Assembly: GCA_046075565.1 (NCBI GenBank)
Contig: JBJTQJ010000119.1
Location: 1-64,000 of the forward strand
DNA length: 64,000 bases
From: Verrucomicrobiales bacterium
GTDB lineage: Bacteria > Verrucomicrobiota > Verrucomicrobiia > Verrucomicrobiales > SLCJ01
Direction of reading: 5' to 3'
Part shown: piece after piece, positions 16,853 to 29,052 of the stretch
Layout: the number at the start of each line of letters is the position of its first letter
Numbering within the stretch: position 1 is the stretch's first letter
The notes under the pieces: generated by a model
What the model saw: only the letters and a program-made list of their open reading frames with translations
Told to the model about the DNA's origin: nothing
Databases searched by the model: none
Position numbers and translations under genes: made by a program

Positions 16853-17689
16853 ATGGAGGGCGTGTTGTTCCCCCTTCATGAACTCCCCCATACGCCCGCG
16901 CGTGTGCAGATCGGCTTTCTTGCCCTGATTCTGGGGGTTGCTTGGTTGGCCAGTGGTCAATTGCTGCGGTCATGGTCCAGAAAACGGGACGGTTCCGGAA
17001 GCCTGCGTGCCTTCGCGGCCAATCGGGACTGGCGCTGGATTGGAGCCATCCTGATGGTGGGCGGACTTTGTATTGCCCGCCCCTGGGGAATAGAGAGTGG
17101 TCCGTTTGTCTGGGTTCGCCACACGGCGCTTCTTTTGGTTGTCTTGCTGGTGGGGGAATTTCTCTCTGTCCGGCAGAAAACGGATCGGTGGCTCGGGCTC
17201 TGTCTGGTGGCTTCGCTTCTCGTTTACTGCGGAATGGCCCTCCGGGTGGCTGTCCGGTTCTCCATGCCTGATCTCGCCGGCGCGGGATTTTTTTCGACCC
17301 CCTGGCTCAACCACGGCCTCTTTGCCGCACTGATCAGTGTGGGAGTGGTAGCCATGGTTGTTGGTTGCTGGCGGATTCTCCGGCACCTCCGTGAAGTGGC
17401 GCCACTGCACGCCTTGGCTTTGGTGCTTATGCTCCCGATGTTCGCGGAGGGCACGATGTTTACCGGAGCAATCGATCGATACTCCCGGGAGGCATCCCAC
17501 TCCGCCGCGATTGATGCCATGTTCGGAGAGGATACTATGCCAGCGGGCATCTATGAAATCCCGCCGCTCTGCGCGGGCGAAGAGGTTGAAACGATTGTGC
17601 TTGGTGATACGCCGATGGACGAAGAGGTTGGCGCGGATGATTCCGAAGGTTCGGATCATTCCGGTTGCCATTCCTGCCCGATGCCATGA
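16853..17689 (+). CDS. Polytopic membrane protein with acidic, HxxCxxC C-terminal tail
   Basis: About 6 TM segments; ends DDSEGSDHSGCHSCPMP. True start may be GTG 16862 because ATG 16853 overlaps a predicted -10 box (TTGCCT-N17-TAAAAT). Confidence 0.6.
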   Translation: MEGVLFPLHELPHTPARVQIGFLALILGVAWLASGQLLRSWSRKRDGSGSLRAFAANRDWRWIGAILMVGGLCIARPWGIESGPFVWVRHTALLLVVLLVGEFLSVRQKTDRWLGLCLVASLLVYCGMALRVAVRFSMPDLAGAGFFSTPWLNHGLFAALISVGVVAMVVGCWRILRHLREVAPLHALALVLMLPMFAEGTMFTGAIDRYSREASHSAAIDAMFGEDTMPAGIYEIPPLCAGEEVETIVLGDTPMDEEVGADDSEGSDHSGCHSCPMP

Positions 17690-17700
17690 GGGTATCGGGA

Positions 17701-20903
<3,203 letters not shown>

Positions 20904-20920
20904 CTCACCCCATCCGCCCT

Positions 20921-21268
20921 ATGCCCCCCGATTTCAGGGAACCCTGGCAACCCGTTGCCGACCGGCGGCTTGAAGCCCCGGTTTGGCAGCGCCGGATTCG
21001 CTCGGTCTTGCTTCTGGGACTGGGGGCAACGGGGTTGGGCATCGCCATCACCTATGTGATGCCCGTTTTTGACGAGCACAAGGCTCGTCTTGCCGAGGAG
21101 GCGAAAGTCACCGCCCGACTCGAGGAAATGCGCCTTCTCCAGGCCCGGGAGGAGGCCAAACTCCGCTGGCTCCGGAACGACGACGCCTACCTTGAGATCC
21201 AAGCCCGCGACAAACTCGACCTCCAGTCCCCCGGCGAAACCATCATCCGCTTTCGATCGGATCGGTAG
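20921..21268 (+). CDS. ftsB: Septum formation initiator (FtsB/DivIC family)
   Basis: Single TM plus coiled coil plus YLEIQARDKLDLQSPGE; eno-ftsB synteny. Confidence 0.8.
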   Translation: MPPDFREPWQPVADRRLEAPVWQRRIRSVLLLGLGATGLGIAITYVMPVFDEHKARLAEEAKVTARLEEMRLLQAREEAKLRWLRNDDAYLEIQARDKLDLQSPGETIIRFRSDR

Positions 21269-21319
21269 TCGGAGGCCCGGAAATTTGAAAAATTTTTTGT
21301 TCAAACTCTTTCGGGGGGG

Positions 21320-21349
21320 TTGACAGGCCCCTATTTAAGTCGGTAGTCT
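21320..21349 (+). promoter_or_regulatory. Sigma70-type promoter of the pilus operon
   Basis: TTGACA-N18-TAGTCT preceded by an AT-rich tract. Confidence 0.6.
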
Positions 21350-21391
21350 GGTCACCCATCCGAAGCAAATCGAACCCGACGCCCATTTCCC

Positions 21392-23083
21392 GTGTACTCC
21401 AACGAAGAATACCTCATTGAACTGCTCAAAGACGCCGGGTATCTGAGCAACCAGCAAGTCAAGGATGCCACCCTTGAGCGCCGGGGCGCGGAAAGCATCA
21501 TCGAGTCGCTCATCCGCGCCGGAGCGGTGCCCGAAGAGGAAGTTGCCCGCACCTGCGCCAGCAACGCTTCGATGGAATTTGTGGAGGCCGGTAAGCTCTC
21601 CGTGCCACCCGCGCTCGTGGAAATGGTGCCGCCGGATGTTGCGAAGCGTTACCGCGTCGTGCCGGTGGGATATGATGGCACCAATTTGAAGCTCGCCGTC
21701 AGCGACCCATTCGATTTCGAATCCTTGGACGCTGTGCCGCACGTCCTCCCGTTCCCCGTCGAGTTCGCCTGCGCCACTCCCACTGCGGTTCGCCAGGCCC
21801 TCGTCCAGTATTACGGTGACATTGACAAGGCGGTCCGGGCCTTTGAAAAAGATCTCGGTCACATGGTTTCGGTCGAGACCTCCGACGGAGGAAGTGACGC
21901 CGAAGCAGGCGACGCTCCGATCATCCGCCTTTGCTCCCAGCTCCTGCTCGAGGCCTTCCAAGTCCGCGCTTCGGACATCCACGTCGAGCCGCTTGACCAC
22001 ACCATCCGCATCCGATACCGCATTGACGGTGTGCTCCAGGAAGTCGCGACGCACCCGCGTAAACTCCTTTCCGCCATCATCAGCCGGATCAAGATCATGA
22101 CCGGCACCATGAGCATCGCGGAAAAACGCCTGCCCCAAGACGGACGCATTCAGATCAAGATCGGCGATAAGGATATCGATTTGCGTGTTTCCACCGTGCC
22201 CACGAACCACGGCGAGAGCGTGGTCATGCGGATTCTCGACAAGAGCGGTCTCACCCTTGGTCTTCCGGAACTCGGATTTTTCTCCGATGACCAAGCCACG
22301 TTCGAGAACCTCATCACGCTACCGGACGGTATCCTGCTGGTGACCGGTCCCACGGGCTCCGGAAAAACGACCACTCTTTACGCCTGTTTGAACTACATCA
22401 ACCGCCCGGACCGGAAAATCATCACGGTTGAAGATCCGGTGGAATACCAGATGTCGGGTATCAACCAGGTGCAGGTGAAAGAGGAAGTCGGCATGACCTT
22501 CGCTGCCGCACTCCGGTCCATGCTCCGGCAAGCCCCGAACATCGTGATGATTGGGGAAATCCGCGATGCGGAAACAGCCAATATCGCGATCAACGCCGCC
22601 CTGACCGGTCACCTTGTCTTTTCCACCTTGCACACGAACGACGCGCCGAGCGCCATCGCCCGTCTTACGGATATCGGCGTCAAGCCCTTCCTCATAGCTT
22701 CCGCCGTCCGTGCCGTGCAGGCCCAGCGTCTCGTTCGCCGCCTTTGCCCGAAGTGCAAAGTGCCCGCCGAACTGACGGAAGCGGAAATCCGCTCGCTCGG
22801 TCTCGATGCGGGCCGCACAACGGGTAGCGAGATCATGGGACCCAAGGGCTGCGACAATTGCCGGGGTCGTGGATTCCGCGGACGTCTCGGCATTTTCGAG
22901 ATTTTCCGCATCGACGATGAAGTCCGCCACATGATCAACCAAAGCCTGACCACCACCCAACTCCGCCGGCGTGCCCGCGAGTTGGGCATGCGCACCATGC
23001 GCGAGGACGGCATCCGGAAGGTGCTGGCCGGTGTGACCACCGCCGCCGAGGTCATCGAAACCACCATGGGCGATTCCGACTGA
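21392..23083 (+). CDS. pilB: Type IV pilus/T2SS assembly ATPase PilB/GspE (copy 1)
   Basis: N-terminal T2SSE_N-like region, ASDIHVEP, GPTGSGKTT, TVEDPVE, GEIRD, STLHTN, CPKC...CDNC. Confidence 0.92.
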   Translation: MYSNEEYLIELLKDAGYLSNQQVKDATLERRGAESIIESLIRAGAVPEEEVARTCASNASMEFVEAGKLSVPPALVEMVPPDVAKRYRVVPVGYDGTNLKLAVSDPFDFESLDAVPHVLPFPVEFACATPTAVRQALVQYYGDIDKAVRAFEKDLGHMVSVETSDGGSDAEAGDAPIIRLCSQLLLEAFQVRASDIHVEPLDHTIRIRYRIDGVLQEVATHPRKLLSAIISRIKIMTGTMSIAEKRLPQDGRIQIKIGDKDIDLRVSTVPTNHGESVVMRILDKSGLTLGLPELGFFSDDQATFENLITLPDGILLVTGPTGSGKTTTLYACLNYINRPDRKIITVEDPVEYQMSGINQVQVKEEVGMTFAAALRSMLRQAPNIVMIGEIRDAETANIAINAALTGHLVFSTLHTNDAPSAIARLTDIGVKPFLIASAVRAVQAQRLVRRLCPKCKVPAELTEAEIRSLGLDAGRTTGSEIMGPKGCDNCRGRGFRGRLGIFEIFRIDDEVRHMINQSLTTTQLRRRARELGMRTMREDGIRKVLAGVTTAAEVIETTMGDSD

Positions 23084-23114
23084 ATCATCCCCTCTCCCAA
23101 CGACCGATTTTCCC

Positions 23115-24788
23115 ATGAATCAGGATTACGTCCTCGACCTTCTCGTCTCCCGCGGCATGCTCGATCAGCAGGTCGCCGACGACATCCGCCGCGAGCACCT
23201 CGAAACCGGTCTCGATATCCTCCCGCTCGTCGTCAACTATGGCGTGTTGGATTCCGAAGAAGCCGTTTACCCCCTCATTGCGAACGAGCTGGGGGCCGAA
23301 TATTACGATTTGGAGGGTTTCGACCCGCCGCAGGAGTTGCTGGAGACCATTCCCGGTGGCATGGCCCGTTTGCACGGAGCCCTTCCCATCTGGATCACCA
23401 ACGAGGGTCTTTTTGTCGCCCTCACGGATCCTCTCAACCCGCAGGTGATCGAGGATTTGCGTTTCGCCCTCGGCAAAGAGGTTCATCCGGTGGTGGCCCG
23501 GCCGGACCATGTCGCCACGCTCATCGAGAAACACTACGGGCGCGGGGGAGAAAACCTCAACGACGTGCTCTCCCAAATCATCGGCGGATCGAGCAAGGAA
23601 ATCAGCGACGCGGATCTCGAGGCCGAGGCAAACTCCGCTCCCATCATCCGTTACGTCGATCTCGTGCTTTACAACGCGATCAAGGAGCGCGCTTCGGACA
23701 TCCACTTCGAGCCGTTCCAGAATGAATTCAAGATTCGTTATCGCGTGGATGGAGCCCTCTATGAGATGGCCCCGCCGCCGCTGCACCTTGCCCTGCCGAT
23801 TATTTCCCGGATCAAGGTCATGGCAAACCTGAACATCGCGGAGCGCCGCGTGCCGCAGGACGGCCGGATCATGAAGAGCTTCGGCGAGCACACCGTTGAC
23901 CTGCGTGTCTCCTGTCTCCCTACCATCCATGGCGAATCCGTCGTTTGCCGGGTGCTCGACCGTTCGTCGGTGAACCTGGAAATGGAAAATCTCGGGATGC
24001 CTCCGGATCTCTACGATTACATCATCGGCACGATCCAGAAGCCGAATGGCATCTTCATCGTGACCGGACCGACCGGTGCCGGCAAGACGACCACCCTTTA
24101 CGCGGCTCTCCGCAAGATCAACACCATCGACGCGAAGTTGCTGACTGCCGAAGATCCGGTGGAATACGACATCGACGGGATCCTGCAGGTGCCCGTCAAC
24201 GAGGCCATCGGCCTCAGTTTCCCGCGGGTGTTGCGCGCTTTCCTGCGCCAAGACCCCGACCGCATCATGGTCGGGGAAATGCGCGACGTGGCCACCGCCC
24301 AGATCGCCATCCAGGCCTCCCTGACCGGCCACCTTGTGCTTTCAACCCTCCACACGAACGACGCCCCGGGTGCCGTGACCCGTCTGATCGACATGGGCTG
24401 CGAGCCATTTCTGGTCTCCGCCACCCTTGAGGCCGTGCTTGCCCAGCGTCTCGTGCGGACCATCTGCAAGGACTGCAAGGCCCCCTACGAACCGAGCGAG
24501 AGCATCCTCATGCAGCTCGGCCTCTCCCCTCACGAACTGGGGGATAAGCACTTTTACACCGGTCAGGGGTGCAATACCTGCGGCGGCTCCGGCTACAAGG
24601 GCCGGAAAGGCCTCTACGAGCTGCTCGACATCACCGACCCCCTGCGCGACATGATCACCGACCGGGCGCCCACGGTGGTTCTGCGCCAGAAAGCCATCGA
24701 ACTGGGTATGCAGACCCTCCGCGAGGACGGGCTCCGGAATATCTATCTGGGGACCACCACCATCGAGGAAGTCCTCAAATACACCTGA
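23115..24788 (+). CDS. pilB: Type IV pilus/T2SS assembly ATPase PilB/GspE (copy 2)
   Basis: ASDIHFEP, GPTGAGKTT, TAEDPVE, LRQDPD, GEMRD, CKDC...CNTC. Confidence 0.92.
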   Translation: MNQDYVLDLLVSRGMLDQQVADDIRREHLETGLDILPLVVNYGVLDSEEAVYPLIANELGAEYYDLEGFDPPQELLETIPGGMARLHGALPIWITNEGLFVALTDPLNPQVIEDLRFALGKEVHPVVARPDHVATLIEKHYGRGGENLNDVLSQIIGGSSKEISDADLEAEANSAPIIRYVDLVLYNAIKERASDIHFEPFQNEFKIRYRVDGALYEMAPPPLHLALPIISRIKVMANLNIAERRVPQDGRIMKSFGEHTVDLRVSCLPTIHGESVVCRVLDRSSVNLEMENLGMPPDLYDYIIGTIQKPNGIFIVTGPTGAGKTTTLYAALRKINTIDAKLLTAEDPVEYDIDGILQVPVNEAIGLSFPRVLRAFLRQDPDRIMVGEMRDVATAQIAIQASLTGHLVLSTLHTNDAPGAVTRLIDMGCEPFLVSATLEAVLAQRLVRTICKDCKAPYEPSESILMQLGLSPHELGDKHFYTGQGCNTCGGSGYKGRKGLYELLDITDPLRDMITDRAPTVVLRQKAIELGMQTLREDGLRNIYLGTTTIEEVLKYT

Positions 24789-24871
24789 TTTCCCAAGATT
24801 CCGGTTTACATCCCGGCACTTCTCCGGTTATACGTTAAAAAGATTCATCACCAACCGCTCGACTCCTCACC

Positions 24872-26155
24872 ATGCCGAACTTCGAATACCGGGCGCTCGA
24901 CGCCCAAGGAACCGAAACCACAGGGGCCATTCAGGCCGAAGATGAGAACGATGCCGTCGCGCAGTTGCGCCGGAACGGCCTCTTTCCGACCCAAGTGGTG
25001 GAACAAGGCAAGGGCACCCTCAGTGGGGGCTCCTCCGGTGGGCGCCGGGCCCGTGCCGCCGCCCGCACCAAGGGCAAGAGCAGTGTTGGCGGCGGGAAAG
25101 GCGGAGGGCGCATCAATAGCAAGACTCTGATGCTTTTCACCCGGCAGCTTGCCACCCTCATCGACTCCGGCCTACCCCTCTTGCGTGGTTTGACCGTGCT
25201 CGCCAAGCAGGAGCCCAATCCGGTCCTCAAAAAGACCGTCAACCAGCTTTCGGAATCCGTCCAGGCCGGTGGCACCTTCTCCGAAGCCCTCGCCCAACAC
25301 CCGCGTATTTTCAACAAGCTCTATGTGAACATGGTCAAGGCCGGCGAACTCGGCGGTGTGCTCGAACTGGTGCTCTCCCGTCTCGCCGACTACCAGGAGA
25401 AGGCGCAAAAGCTGAAGAACAAGATCGTCTCGGCCATGATCTACCCGATCATCGTCATGTGTATCGCGGTCGGCATCATGGTCTTCCTGTTGCTCTTTAT
25501 CGTCCCGCGTTTCGAGACCATTTTCGAGGAAATGCTCGGTGGCTCCGAGTTGCCCATGATCACCCAACTCGTCACGGGAGCGAGCAAGTTCGTGCAGAAC
25601 AACTGGCTGGTTCTCTTCGGCGGCATCGCCCTCGCCATCGTGGGCTTCAAACTATATGCCAATACCAAAGGCGGACGGCACAATGTGGACAGGCTCAAAC
25701 TCCGCCTCCCCGTGATCGGTGATATCCAGCGCAAGAGCGCGATTGCCCGGTTCAGCCGCACCCTCGGCACCCTCGTCACCTCCGGTGTTCCCATTCTGCA
25801 GGCGCTCAATATCACCAAAGAGACCGCAGGAAATGTCGTCATCTCCGAAGCCATCGGTAAGGTGCACGATGCGGTCAAGGAAGGGGAATCGATCGTGCAG
25901 CCGCTCGAGGCCAGCAAGGTTTTCCCACCCATGGTCATTTCCATGGTGGACGTCGGTGAAGAAACCGGTCAACTCCCCGACATGCTTCTGAAAATTGCCG
26001 ACGTTTACGACGACGAAGTGGACAACGCGGTCTCTGCCATGACCTCCCTGCTCGAGCCGCTCATGATCGTCTTCCTCGCCATCATCGTCGGCACCATCGT
26101 GCTCGCTCTTTTCATGCCCCTGCTCGACATCATCAGCAAGATGTCCTCGCAGTGA
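24872..26155 (+). CDS. pilC: PilC/GspF inner-membrane platform protein
   Basis: FTRQLATLIDSGLPL, MVKAGELGG, FSRTLGTLVTSGVPI, VGEETGQL, LLEP. Confidence 0.95.
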   Translation: MPNFEYRALDAQGTETTGAIQAEDENDAVAQLRRNGLFPTQVVEQGKGTLSGGSSGGRRARAAARTKGKSSVGGGKGGGRINSKTLMLFTRQLATLIDSGLPLLRGLTVLAKQEPNPVLKKTVNQLSESVQAGGTFSEALAQHPRIFNKLYVNMVKAGELGGVLELVLSRLADYQEKAQKLKNKIVSAMIYPIIVMCIAVGIMVFLLLFIVPRFETIFEEMLGGSELPMITQLVTGASKFVQNNWLVLFGGIALAIVGFKLYANTKGGRHNVDRLKLRLPVIGDIQRKSAIARFSRTLGTLVTSGVPILQALNITKETAGNVVISEAIGKVHDAVKEGESIVQPLEASKVFPPMVISMVDVGEETGQLPDMLLKIADVYDDEVDNAVSAMTSLLEPLMIVFLAIIVGTIVLALFMPLLDIISKMSSQ

Positions 26156-26186
26156 GGTATCACCCAAAACACCCCCTCCAATACCC

Positions 26187-26807
26187 ATGAGAACACGCGC
26201 AAGCTCCGCCCTCCACCGCGGATTCAGCCTGGTGGAACTGCTGGTCGTCATCATGATCATCGCCATCCTTATGGGACTGGTGGTCGTCGGTTCGCAGTAT
26301 GCGATGTCAAAAAGCTACGAGAACAAGACCCGGATGCAGATCAAGGCCATCGAAACCGGCCTGGAGAAGTATTTCACCGAACGGCTTGAATACCCGAACC
26401 CCAGTGCATCGGGCAGCGGCGTGCTCTACATGTCCCTCACCGGAGATGGTATTACCGGTGTCAATGCCACGACCGGTCGCCCGACCTATGGCACGCCCGA
26501 TGGCAAGCTCGCCGACGCCGAGCAGGCGCGTTGGCCCGTCTATCTCGAGGAACTCGTTCCAAGCGGCAGCAAGGCCAAAGGAGCCCAAGGCTGGCTGAAC
26601 ATCAACCCGACCAGTGGTCTTTTCGTGGATGCGACCGCCCCGATCATCGATGGATTCGGCGAGTCACTGCAATACCGCTGCACTGGTAGCCCGCCTGCGG
26701 GAACCAAGAATACCACCTACGATCTCTGGTCCTACGGCACGGATACCACGAGGAACATGAACGAAACCGACCCGAAAAAGTTGGCCAAGTGGATCACCAA
26801 CTGGTGA
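26187..26807 (+). CDS. Prepilin/pseudopilin (GspG-like)
   Basis: Class III signal G/FSLVELLVVIMIIAIL; C-terminal DGFGE..YDLWSYGTD...ITNW. Confidence 0.88.
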   Translation: MRTRASSALHRGFSLVELLVVIMIIAILMGLVVVGSQYAMSKSYENKTRMQIKAIETGLEKYFTERLEYPNPSASGSGVLYMSLTGDGITGVNATTGRPTYGTPDGKLADAEQARWPVYLEELVPSGSKAKGAQGWLNINPTSGLFVDATAPIIDGFGESLQYRCTGSPPAGTKNTTYDLWSYGTDTTRNMNETDPKKLAKWITNW

Positions 26808-26829
26808 GGGTTGGGGAGGGGAATACCGG

Positions 26830-27921
26830 CTAGCAGCAGGCCAGCACGGCTTCTTTCCTCCCGTGGATCCCCAGCGCAAGCTCGGCCAGGATTCCATCCA
26901 GCTCATCAACGACCCTGAAGCGCGCCGCGGGTGCCAGTTGGCGCAACAGCTCGATGAGCGGATCCCAGAATCGCTTTCCTCCCGCATCCAGACGGTTGAA
27001 GAGCACAACCGGTTTTCCTTCCATGACCGGGTTCCCCTGCTGCTGGAATATGAGCAAAGCGAGGAGTTCCTGCATCGTGCCTGAACCGCCCGGAAAGATC
27101 ACGAAGCCGTCGGAGTTTTCGATCATCACCTCCATGCGCGTGTAGATATCGGGCCGCAGCCAGAAGCTCGAGAGCCCGTCGGGCAAACCTTCCAGCTCGA
27201 TGATGTGGGGAACGTTCGAACCGCCCGACCAGCCGCCCGCTTCGGCCGCCCCGCGCACCACCTCGCCCATGATGCCGGATTTGCCCGCGCCCGAGACGCA
27301 GCCGTAACCGTTCAAGGCCAATTGTCGCCCCATTTCGTAGCCGTCCGCCAGATACTCCGGATCGCTGATGCTGGCCGAACAGAACACACAAACATTTCCC
27401 AAGATGTCGGTGGGCACGGGCTCTTCGTAGGACGCATCCCGCGTGGGATGGTCGTGCTTTGGATGATGTCGACCGGCATCGGGCAATCCGCTTTCATGCA
27501 CCCGTTCGAGGATGGGCAGCACCTGCTCGGACGCTCTGGCCACGAGCAGGAATTCCCGGTGATCCTGTTTGATTGTTCCCAGCTCGTGCAGATGATCCAG
27601 CACTCTAAAGAAGCTATCCCATGAACCGTCGCTATTCAGGATTACCGTTGCCTTGCCCTTGAGGTTTTTGTCCAGAGTCTGGTAGCCGACAAAAATGGAA
27701 ACCGCTTTGAAAAGATCCTCCAGGGTCGCGCCGGGTGTGAAAACGAAAGCATCCGACTCGATGATCTTCTTCTCGATGTTGCACAGGGTGATGCGCTGAT
27801 CCCCGTTGGAGTTGTAAATGTCCCACCCCCCGGCAAAAAGGTGGTAAAGCAAAAGCGCCCGGATGGAACGATTGGGGTCGTCGGCTCCTTGGACTGTGCC
27901 GGAGATGCGTGCGATGGGCAT
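26830..27921 (-). CDS. LOG-family protein with a duplicated, degenerate N-terminal LOG-like segment
   Basis: C-terminal CVFCSAS, VSGAGKSGIMG, SDGFVIFPGGSGTMQE; N-terminal SDAFVFTPG...KATVILNSDGSWD repeats the same pattern. Confidence 0.8.
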   Translation of the reverse strand: MPIARISGTVQGADDPNRSIRALLLYHLFAGGWDIYNSNGDQRITLCNIEKKIIESDAFVFTPGATLEDLFKAVSIFVGYQTLDKNLKGKATVILNSDGSWDSFFRVLDHLHELGTIKQDHREFLLVARASEQVLPILERVHESGLPDAGRHHPKHDHPTRDASYEEPVPTDILGNVCVFCSASISDPEYLADGYEMGRQLALNGYGCVSGAGKSGIMGEVVRGAAEAGGWSGGSNVPHIIELEGLPDGLSSFWLRPDIYTRMEVMIENSDGFVIFPGGSGTMQELLALLIFQQQGNPVMEGKPVVLFNRLDAGGKRFWDPLIELLRQLAPAARFRVVDELDGILAELALGIHGRKEAVLACC

Positions 27922-28028
27922 GGGAATTATTCTGGTTGGGGGTGGCGAGCCGTTGTATACTCGCGAGCAAAGAATCTTAACGCCGCCCACCCTCAATTCG
28001 GGAGCAAAATCCAGAAAACCAGCCTCAA

Positions 28029-28487
28029 ATGGACCAATTTCTCCAAGCCGCTATCGATGAAGCAAAACTGGGACGCAAAGAAGGAGGAATTCCCATCGGA
28101 AGCGTGCTCGTGCACCGGGGGAAAATCCTCGGACGCGGTCACAACCGCCGCGTCCAACAGGGCTCCACCGTGCTCCATGGGGAGATGGACGCCCTCGAAA
28201 ACGCCGGCCGTCAACCCGCCTCGGTCTACCGGGAGTGTGTGCTTTACACCACCCTGTCACCCTGTCCGATGTGCAGCGGGGCCATCCTCCTCTACGGAAT
28301 TCCGCGTGTCATCATCGGTGAAAACCAAACTTTTCTCGGAGAAGAGGAACTTCTCCGATCCCGGGGCGTGCAACTCGAAGTCCTCCAGGATCCGACCTGC
28401 ATCGAAATGATGCGCGATTTTATTGCCGGGAACCCGGAACTCTGGAATGAGGATATCGGAGAGGAATCACCGGCCAAAGAGGCTTGA
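28029..28487 (+). CDS. Cytosine/nucleoside deaminase (yeast FCY1-like CDA fold)
   Basis: EGGIPIGSVL, HGEMDALENAG, TTLSPCPMC, WNEDIGE. Confidence 0.9.
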   Translation: MDQFLQAAIDEAKLGRKEGGIPIGSVLVHRGKILGRGHNRRVQQGSTVLHGEMDALENAGRQPASVYRECVLYTTLSPCPMCSGAILLYGIPRVIIGENQTFLGEEELLRSRGVQLEVLQDPTCIEMMRDFIAGNPELWNEDIGEESPAKEA

Positions 28488-28493
28488 GCAACC

Positions 28494-28958
28494 ATGAATC
28501 AGGAAACGGAACGGAAATTCCTTGTCGTATCGTCGGCTTACCGCGAGCTGGCAACCGGCGTTGAAATCTCACAGGGTTACCTTTGCACGGATCCCGAGCG
28601 CACCGTGCGCGTGCGTCTCTATGGCAACGAGGGGTTTCTCACCATCAAGGGGAAAGGGGACATCACCCGCGCGGAATTCGAATACCCGATCCCGGCGGAA
28701 GATGCCCGTAATCTTCTGGAAAACCTTTGCCAACGTCCGATCCTGAGCAAACACCGTTTCCGCATCCAGTATGAAGGATGGCTTTGGGAAGTTGATGAGT
28801 TCCATGGAGCGAACGAAGGATTGGTCATCGCGGAGATCGAGTTGCCGGATGCGGATGCTTCCTTTGCCCGACCGCCGTGGGTTGGAGATGAAGTGACCGG
28901 CGACCCCCGCTACTTCAACTCGCGATTGGTCTCGCACCCTTATTCAAATTGGCCGTGA
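28494..28958 (+). CDS. CYTH domain protein (triphosphate tunnel enzyme)
   Basis: ETERKFLV, QGYL, VRVR, LTIKG, EFEY, WEVDEF, AEIEL. Confidence 0.92.
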   Translation: MNQETERKFLVVSSAYRELATGVEISQGYLCTDPERTVRVRLYGNEGFLTIKGKGDITRAEFEYPIPAEDARNLLENLCQRPILSKHRFRIQYEGWLWEVDEFHGANEGLVIAEIELPDADASFARPPWVGDEVTGDPRYFNSRLVSHPYSNWP

Positions 28959-29052
28959 ATCCCCCGGGCTGGGGCTGGCCACGCCAGCTTCGCTCGACAT
29001 TTGACAAAATTGCCCTTGGAAACCGAGCGCGGGCGTCCTACTCTCGTTTTGC

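Noticed and set aside
17655-17689. c-type heme motif in the membrane protein tail
   Set aside because: The sequence is CHSCP, not CxxCH.
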